DNA from: Podarcis erhardii
Taxonomy: Eukaryota
Length of the DNA: 64,000 bases
Direction: 5' to 3' (one strand)
Assembly: GCA_964252035.1 (NCBI GenBank)
Contig: OZ176200.1
This document shows, in pieces, positions 55,745-64,000 of the stretch (position 1 is its first letter; every line of letters starts with the position of its first letter). The position numbers and the translations under genes were made by a program. The notes beneath the pieces are model-generated. The model made no database searches and was not told the origin of the DNA. It saw only the letters and a list, made by a program, of their open reading frames with translations.

Positions 55745-56663
55745 CTTTGGAGTAGCATTTGTAGTGTAGTTCATTGGATGGAGGCAATAGAAGGAATTAA
55801 TGCATCCTTATGCTGTTTTTGAACACCGGGGGCGGGGGGGGGGTGCTGGTAGCTCTATTACTAATCATATTTAGATTTTGAAGAGCCAGCAGCTGCTAAT
55901 TGTGCAACTCTTCTTAGAAGAGCTTTCGGACCAGTAGGCAGTTCTGAGAACGACTATGGTGAGAGTACTCCTTGGAGAGCTCTTTCCTGTGAATAATAAA
56001 TGGGAATTGAAGTTTTATTTCTCTTGTAAATCAAGCTGGACTTGATTCGCTTGATTCGAGTACCTCTATTATGATCAACGGAGTGGTGTGCCACCCATGT
56101 GCGAGACTGAGGCAAGAACTGTGCTTTCAAGAAAAGAAGAAAGCTGGTTCTGTGCCAAATTCAGCAGCTGTTGTTCAAATCCTGTTTGTAAGTAACAAGT
56201 GAAACTTTCCGGGGTTGCCATGGTATGCATGGCATACAATTTCACATAATCGTTCTGCGGCATACTGTAGCTGTTGTTTGGCAGTGGGTCATATTTGCAT
56301 CAGCACTATAGCTAATCTCTTTTAAAAGCCCAGTTATGAGATGTGTGGAAGAAAGTGCTGTTGAGAGCATCCTGGTATATTGCTCTTGACCCATAATAAT
56401 ATTGAAGACAGGGAGATGCTCAGATATCTTGATAGGATTCTATGCTTTTGATGTTCCAAAATTATTTATGCAGAATGCAAACTGATTAGGTGATGAGAGA
56501 AGAAGGAGGAGGTGGTGGTATGGCATTTGATTCAAAGTTTGAAACAACACACTTACCTAGGAGCAAGCCCTGTTGAACATGCATAGTATGTATAAAAGCG
56601 TGTTCTGTGTATTTTTTTAGGGTGTGCTTTTTGTCCTGATGCCCCTTTTCAAGGTGGTTTAAA

Positions 56664-56702
<39 letters not shown>

Positions 56703-56714
56703 ATTAGTTAGTTA
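56664..56714. repeat. (TTAG)n microsatellite
   Basis: Direct reading. Confidence 0.9.
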
Positions 56715-59521
56715 ATATCCCACTCTTCTTCCCAAAGGAGCTTAGGATGGCAAACAACAAGTGATAAAACAATAAAAATAATTCCAATATGGATTCAGAC
56801 AGCAAAATATCTCAATTCAAAAGGCTGGTTGAAAGAGGAAGGTCTTGAGTGGGCATCCAAAAGACAACAGAGACAGCTCCTGTCTGATATTCAAGGGGAG
56901 GGAATTCCTAAGTGTAAGTGTCACTGCACTAAAGACCACCTGATAAGATGGTATTTGTAGGAGGCCCTCCCTTGCAGAGTACAGTGATCATTTGGGTACA
57001 TAAGAGAGGTAAGACAATATTTCAGGTATCCTGCTCTTAAGAAAGTTGCTTGCCTTTTAATGTCGCATCAAAAATTATCACTTGAAGTGGACCATTTCCC
57101 TTCACCATAGGGCCTGTCCTTCATGGATCTATTTTGATTGAATTTTTAACTAGGTTGGATGAGCCTCCTATGGAAGGAATGGTTCTGGAGAGGGGATAGA
57201 TGGGCCCTGAAGAATTTTCTGTGTTTGAAATTGTATAATCTCATTTCTCTGCTTTTTCTGTTTTTGGTCTCTCAAAATACCTTGAGGATTAATCAGCCTT
57301 CAGAACTTGCCTGAGGAACAGTATCTGGTGGATATCAAGCAACACATTTACAAAATGAAATTCTATCTTGCCAAGTGCTAGTAACTCAGTGTAGTCTTTG
57401 TTTTCCCCCTAATCTGTGTGTAGGGTTTAGATGTCACTACAGATTGGAGATTGTTGTTGGGTGTCGACTTCGTAATCCAATACAGTACATGCAGTGTATC
57501 AAGTGCTGCCTTCTGAACTGGAACACACCATCAGAGCTGTATCAGCAATTCATGGGAGGGAGGATGGATGTGTATTGGACACAAGGTCCTTTTGCAATGA
57601 GTAACAGTATCACTTCCCACCTCTTGGTTCTCAAATACACTAACCTTTGATAAACTTTACGATTTTAGGATAGGAAGGGGGGGGGTTCTAGGATGGCCCT
57701 GCAGGGTGGTGCTTTTGATGTGACAGCTCACCTGAAAGAGGGCAGGAGTTGTGCGTCACACTTCAGCATGTAGCCTGAATGGTAGACAAAGTCCTGTTCT
57801 AGAATGTTATGGATGTTGACAGTTCTTTTGGCAGAGGCAGTTTGCTTTGAGATAGCATAGAAGCTTGTTGTCAGAACAAAGGTTAGTGCTGTCCGTTGGC
57901 TCTGTACTGGTGGTAGGAACAGAACATAATAATGGTGAAGTGAAACTTCAGGGACAACAATATTTTTGTGAGAGAAGTCAACTGCTAAGAGCCCAAAGTA
58001 TGTCCAGCCAAAAGAATGTTTTTTAATCAAGTTAGAGACGAGATGTCTGGTATAAATCCTTTTCAGGCTGTCTAGAGGACCATGCAACACCACGTCTGCA
58101 TCCTAGTACACTGGAGTTCCACACTACTGCCAATTCTGTGAGCTGCTACTGGTTGTACAAGGTCAGCACTGTCCCCAAATAACCTAAAGGGCTTATCACA
58201 TGAGCAGTCTACTCTAGGGTGGCATGTCTTTATAGCTGAGCAAGTTCCCTTCTGTTTGAGGGTTTATTAGATCCACTTATTTTGTCGTCTAATGCATTAA
58301 ATACCAGCCATTTTACAAGGAAATGGGTGTGAATACACCTTTCTGGCTCAATAGGTGTTGTAGGCATTTTAGTTTCTTTCATATGTATGCTGTGACATTT
58401 TTCTTCCTCTCCCTGCCTTCAAATCCACTAGAATCTGTTTAACAAGATTGCCTGATAAGCATCCTAGCACAAAAGGTGAAAGGGGGCATATTCAGCATGT
58501 TGAGGGAAGCCTCATTGCTAATCCCCTGCTAGTCAGGTTGCTGGATAAAATAGGTGAATGTTATTTTAGAGCCAGGATTGGACTGTGCTTTGCTTGTGCC
58601 TCCTGCTGCCTCTCTTGGCTCTTTGCACAAGGGACTGTTTGATTGAAACCTAGACTGAATTCTTTCGGCACTGCCTTGATGAGTCAGCAGGCATGTGCTG
58701 TGAAGAAACAGCCAGCCTCCAGTAGGAACATAGCAATTTAAATGTCAGATTTTCTTTGGGTAGGAAAGCTGATTCCCAATATTATAATATCTATACTATG
58801 TAATGAAAAGGGCAAGGGCAAAGTAATCCATTTAACCTCAGAACATAGGTTAGCAAACACCCCCAACACTAGGTCTGAATATTTTCAGGAATGCTTTCTA
58901 GCATGAAGTTTATCACTGCTTCAATACCCCTTTGGCTATCAAAATGTCACCTTGCTGCTTATCAGCACCCCATGTCATCCTCTGCAAAATGTATCTTGAT
59001 TTGGTAGACATGCCTATTTTTCAAACTATGGGTGTGCTCTTGTTCCAGCTACTTGCTCTGTATTCTGGCAATACGGGTGGAGGACAAAATTGCTTAGAAA
59101 AATGACTGAATTATCTGTTCATTCTCCTTTTTGGGAACCAAACTCTGAACCTTGGGACTTCCATTCCCAAGCTCTTCCGCAACAGCTCCAGAAGGATTTG
59201 TTGCCTGGCTGGGTAACCAAGTGAAGAACCTATAGTGCTGGAGCTAGGTATAATAAACAAAGTTCTGCTGTTATGTCTAGTTCTGTTCTTGGTTCTAGGC
59301 TTTCTGTGGTATAAGATGTAAAAGAACTGGTGGATGGAAGAATCCTGCATGAGAATAAGAAACACAAAGGTGCAAGCAGGAATACTGAGCAACTATTGCT
59401 AGCTTATTTGCATTATAAACAAGTGTTTATGTTGTTAACTTCATTCCCCTGCCATCCCCTTGCGCAGGAGAAAAAGCCCTTTTCTGGCTGTTCTTCCCTG
59501 TAGTACAAGCCTTCCTGGTGG

Positions 59522-59523
<2 letters not shown>

Positions 59524-59573
<50 letters not shown>

Positions 59574-59697
59574 TGCCGCCCATCTGACTGGGTTGCCCCA
59601 GCCACTCTGGGTGGCTTCCAGCAACACACACATAAAGTAAAACATCAAACATTAAAAATTTCCGTATACAGGGCTGCCTTCAGATGTCTTCTGAAAA
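59524..59697 (-). mobile_element. L2 LINE 3' end with an (ATT)16 microsatellite tail
   Basis: (AAT)16 on the plus strand (59524-59571) followed by GCCGCCCATCTGACTGGGTTGCCCCAGCCACTCTGGG..ACAGGGCTGCCTTCAGATGTCTTC. Confidence 0.85.
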
Positions 59698-59922
59698 ATA
59701 ATAATATACGTCCTTTGTATGCTGTAATCTGGTCTTTTTCTCAGCCTTGATGGCACTGTCTTTCATTAGTCATCTTACCAACGACAGCAGAGATTGACTG
59801 GAGTGCTTCCTTTGGGCCTCGTAAAGTTCACATGTGTGTTTCTTTCAGGCTGGTCATGGTGAAGATGCCGCTCTGACTCCGGTTCACCAGCTGGACTCAA
59901 TGAGAGTGTGGGATGGCTCTAC

Positions 59923-62733
59923 ATGGCCTCTGTAGGGCCAGAAGCCTATAGCCTTGGCCTCAAGAGGGGAAACCAGTTCCAGGTGGGCATTGCACCAGGG
60001 CTGACGGTGCCGCCACTCACAGCAAAGCTTCACGAGAGTAAGGCCTGGTACCTTGCTAAGCAGCAGGTGAAGCCCATTTGGCAGCTGGAACAGAAGCATG
60101 TGACCAATTTTCAGGACCTCCAATCGGTCCACTCAGGGATTTCTTCCCAGCGTCCCCGCCTCTTGTACCCAGAGTCATTATGTAGTGATACAGCATTCCT
60201 GACTTCACCTCCACCTTTGCCCCACGCTCTCCCAAACTTCCTCGGAAGCACCTTGCTCTACCGACGTTCTTACTTCAGACACAAGCCTTATCGGAGGCTT
60301 GAGTCCATCTGTTTGCAGCCAACTTCTTTGGAGAAGAAACCTCTTTGTGCTCCGCTCCCTACCTATCGCTCCGTTCTCAACAACACCATGACATCCTCAG
60401 CCATAGACCCATTCTTTATGCCGAATACTGCTGCTGACTGTTCCAATCCAGTGTCAAAGGGGTTCCCCCTAAGCTCAGGGAAGCAAAACTCCAATTCATA
60501 CAGGCCAGTGCTAAACAATAACTCTTTCCTTCGGCCAACTAGTGCAAAAGTGCCTTTGCAGCAGCAGTACCACCAACCGCTGCCACCAGAAAATAAGAAG
60601 CTAAAAGGCTTGTCAAGACCTATTGGCTTCTCTTGGACCCACTCTGGTGGAAATGGAGATGGTGCTCCTGTGAACCTTGAAAGAAAGCTTGGGAAAAACA
60701 GTGGCATAGCTCTTGAGCAACCCAGTGCCAAATCTCCTCGCTCGGCCATTCACAATGGCGTGGTTCTCAAAGTGGAACGGCCCTCCTGGCGACTCGAAGA
60801 TGGTGAGAACAGGTCTCAGAACCTGAAAGAGCAAGATGTGCGGTTGACGGAAGCTATGCGGAAGCTGACTGCAAATGGCATCCGGAAGGTTAGCACCTAC
60901 AACGAATTTGGTCACCGCATTGACAGCTCTTGCCTTATGAATGCAAACTTCCACTCCAGTCTTTTCAATCGATGGAAGCCACACATAGTAGCACAGATCA
61001 CCCCAAAGGACGTACCAGCTGCCACCTCCCCAAATCTGGAGCCTGGTAGCCGCCACCAGAGCCTTATGGTCACAGAAGCTGCCGATGTCTGCACTAAACG
61101 CATCGATGTTCGTTTCTTAGCCTCAAATCCTGAACCTTCCAACCACTGCGCCTTGAGTCAGACTGTCAACCACACCTCTGTAAACGCTGGAGAACAAGTG
61201 GTAAAAACAGAGCTGTCCCCACGGACTACAGTCTCTGAGGTAGAGACCAAAATTTCCTCTCTTCAGTTAGGCACGGATACAAAATGGGGGAACCCTGTTA
61301 CTGTGAAAGAGACCGAGTAAGTACTCTGGCAAATATGTCTGTTGGGGTGGGTTAGTGTTTCCCTTTCAGTACTCTTTGTGGCAATAATTGCCAACCTGTA
61401 GCCCTCCAAGTGTTGCTGGATTACACTTCCCACAATCCCTGAATCATTGACCATGCTGTCTGTCGGGCTGGGCGATATCAGCTTTTCAACAGTGCGGTAT
61501 ATCATCAGCCAAACATCGCGGTCTGGTGATATACCGTATTGTTGAAAAAACAAGCTGTATTGGCCTCAGCCAGTGAGATCCCAGGTGAAACTGCCACATC
61601 TCTCACTGAGGCGGTTTCACCCTAGTGCCTAGCGGGCTAGGACAACACAGCTTGTTTGCATGGCTCAGCTGGGGCGCAGGAAGGCTCCCAATCCCCAGCA
61701 GTGCCCCCCCCACTTGTGTGGGAGCCAGCACTGGGCTGGGGGATCCTTTAACTGCTCAGCTGAGCAGAGCAGCAACCACACATGCCTCAGCCGAGCAGTT
61801 CAAAGATGCAGAGGGAGGAAAAAGTTGTATCAACACCTTGCCAATGAAGCTTGTTTCTCCCTCTGCACAATATGAGGGCAGAGTGGGATGGCGGTTTCAC
61901 TCCGCAGTATATCACTGGTGAAACCGCTGCTTCTCCTGAGTCCCTCTGCTGGCAGCGTCTGCTGGAAGGAGTCAAGAGTCTTGACTTCCTCCAGCGAGAG
62001 ATACTAGCAGAGGGACTCGGGAGCGATGGTAGTTACACCAGTGATATACCGCTGAGTGAAGCCTGTGTGGTCTGCTCCTCATACTGGCCCTGGGCGATAT
62101 ATTGATATGTCGCTCAGGCCTAGCTGACTGGGGCTGATGGGTGTGGGAGTCCAACAGCATCTGGAGGTTAATCACCCTTTTCTTATGATAAGGACTATGT
62201 TTGATATAGTAGAATATGCTAAAGAACTTACTAGCAAAGTGTTCCTATGATGTAAGCATATTTAAGCTTGGTCATCAATCGGCGTTTGATACGCCTTGGA
62301 TGGTTTTGCAGCCTTCACTGTCTCCAAAACGTCTCTCAAATCAGATGACAATTCTGCTTTACTTCCGGTAGCCCGTTGTTTTGACAAGTGTGCCACAAGT
62401 CAAGTCCAAAATTTGCCACTTGAACTATTCCTCCCTTTCTCTCCACACCACTTCTATCACTAACATGGGTTAATGTTTATGATAGTTATTTGGGATATCT
62501 TGCCTTGTCTGTGATCTCTTGGTCTGTTGTTGGGTGTAGAGATCTTTTTGCTTTGCTAACTGAGAGGAGTTACAGAGCTTCACTTTAGGGCTGTAACCCT
62601 TTGTGTTGTAGAGCTGCAGTCAACCTCCCCCTGCTGGACCAAGCGGAGGTGGAAGATGTAGAGGAAGAGCTCCCGGACGGCTTGGAAGATGCCTGCAGTC
62701 AGGATGAGGAGGGCGAAGAGGAGGATGGGGAAG
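59923..62733 (+). CDS. TTLL4: Tubulin monoglutamylase TTLL4; 3'-partial, first two coding exons
   Basis: Large exon 59849-61316 (acceptor tctttcag, ATG 59923, donor GA/gtaagt) and exon 62612-62733. Motifs MASVGPEAYSLGLK, QQVKPIWQLE, TLLYRRS..KPY..LES.CL, YRPVLNNNSF, RLTEAMRKLTA and DQAEVEDVEEELPDGLEDAC match the TTLL4 N-terminus. The catalytic TTL domain lies downstream of the window. Confidence 0.93.
61463..62122. mobile_element. Non-autonomous hAT element (about 660 bp) nested in an older palindromic MITE
   Basis: Ends TCGGGCTGGGCGATAT / ATATGTCGCTCAGGCCTA; near-perfect TSD GCTGTCTG / GCTGACTG. A shorter relative ends TATCGCCCAGCCCTA at 28163-28312. Confidence 0.75.
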
Positions 62734-63149
62734 GTCAGCAGTCACATTTATTTCCTCTCTTCAAAGTACAAACAAGCCTATTCACCACACATAAAACAGA
62801 GAAGGGTTTTCATACACTGATTATTCTGTTAATACAAATATACTAATTACTGTCATTACAAAACATCTTGAATCTAGTAGAAAGCTAAAACGATTCCTAC
62901 TACAGTTGTCCATGCTTACTATTAGGGCATGGATATATTGCAAATCACTCTATAATATCAAGAGAGAAAGAACTGTATTGCAACAAATAAAATTGCTAGC
63001 TTGAATACTATAATTTGCCTTGTGGGCACCTTCAGCCTATGCACTTTCTACACTTGTAAAACTTGTTTTGAGTGATATTTAGTGAACTGCTATTGTAGGC
63101 AAAGCAACAGTCTGATATCCATTTACATTTTACTGGTGCATTTTATCAC

Positions 63150-63401
63150 GGACACGGAGCAATGGTTCCAAACTACAAGAAAGAAGATTCCACCTAAACA
63201 TTAGGAAGAACTTCCTGACAGTAAGAGCTGTTCGACAGTGGAATTTGCTGGCAAGGAGTGTGGTGGAGTCTCCTTCTTTGGAGGTCTTTAAGCAGAGGCT
63301 TGACAACCATATGTCAGGAGTGCTCTGATGGTGTTTCCTGCTTGGCAGGGGGTTGGACTTGATGGCCCTTGTGGTCTCTTCCAACTCTATGATTCTATGA
63401 T
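63150..63401 (+). mobile_element. CR1 LINE 3' end, 5'-truncated
   Basis: Encodes ..[32 protein letters not shown] (CR1 RT C-terminus) and ends in CTCTATGATTCTATGA. Confidence 0.92.
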
Positions 63402-63651
63402 CAAGCATTCAGTTAATTGTTTTCTGGTTACCCAGAGACAAACTTTTTAAATCTACTGTCTTGAAACAGTTCAGAGTGAGATAATTTTACCATTGAATGT
63501 ACAAGGCCTGACAATATTTCTAGATCATAAACAGCAGTAATAGCATTCAGTGCTGAGGCAGAGCAATACTAATTCACTGCTGCTGGAAGGGCTTCTGTAT
63601 CCTATGCAACCCAGCCAGAAGGGTGGAGTATAAATAAAATAATTTGTTGTT

Positions 63652-63678
63652 ACTACTACTACTACTACTACTACTACT
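63652..63678. repeat. (ACT)n microsatellite
   Basis: Direct reading. Confidence 0.85.
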
Positions 63679-64000
63679 CAGTCTAAGAAGGGAGAGCCCA
63701 ACCTACAAATATGTGTGATGCTTACAGCTGTGCCCCAGTTTAGCTGTTCCACCAACAAATCTGTCATGGTGGTGGCATATCTTGAATTCTGCAGGCATGA
63801 TACAGCTTTTGTCAAATCCCATTGCCCCTCAGCTAGCAGATCTTAACTACAGAACTTCATCTTCATATTCCTGCTAGGAATGTTCTGATCAAACCCAGTA
63901 AATACTTGTGTGTGGATTTATTATAATTGTTGCTGTCTTGCTACGGTTTGGGACAATGCTACTCACCCTGAGTATTGACCCATTCTGTCCCCCACACATA

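Noticed and set aside
59413-59750. ORFs with poly-Leu, poly-Tyr and poly-Ile runs
   Set aside because: Translations of the (AAT)16 microsatellite.
63840-63900. NVLIKP segment resembling the next TTLL4 exon
   Set aside because: The phase is incompatible with the preceding exon and it runs into stops; no further TTLL4 exon could be supported in the window.

Overview
Vertebrate genomic DNA with spliced genes, most likely from a lacertid lizard (Sauria SINEs, Squam3-like tRNA SINEs, squamate L2/CR1 LINEs, hAT and Tc1/pogo MITEs). Four protein-coding genes were reconstructed by hand from GT-AG splice sites and codon phase. (1) ABCB6, + strand, 707-21290: the last 17 exons, ending in an unusually long acidic (EEGEGEE)3 tail. 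(2) An unnamed, intact 7-exon gene, - strand, 33851-23156, 544 aa: signal peptide, Cys-rich N-terminal region, furin-type RIRR site, then a legumain/peptidase-C13-like domain. That domain keeps the substrate-pocket Arg-His but appears to lack both catalytic residues, and carries an EF-hand-like loop that forms only after splicing. (3) ZFAND2B, - strand, 50783-40182, complete, 271 aa, ending in a CaaX box. (4) The 5' part of TTLL4, + strand, head-to-head with ZFAND2B across a CpG-island promoter, with several uORFs crowding its start codon. Gene 2, a probable secreted pseudo-protease lying between two genes that are direct neighbours in human, is the best candidate for an undescribed system. 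There are two assembly gaps. No rRNA, true tRNA or CRISPR features were seen. All comparisons to human or legumain sequences are from memory and need database confirmation.
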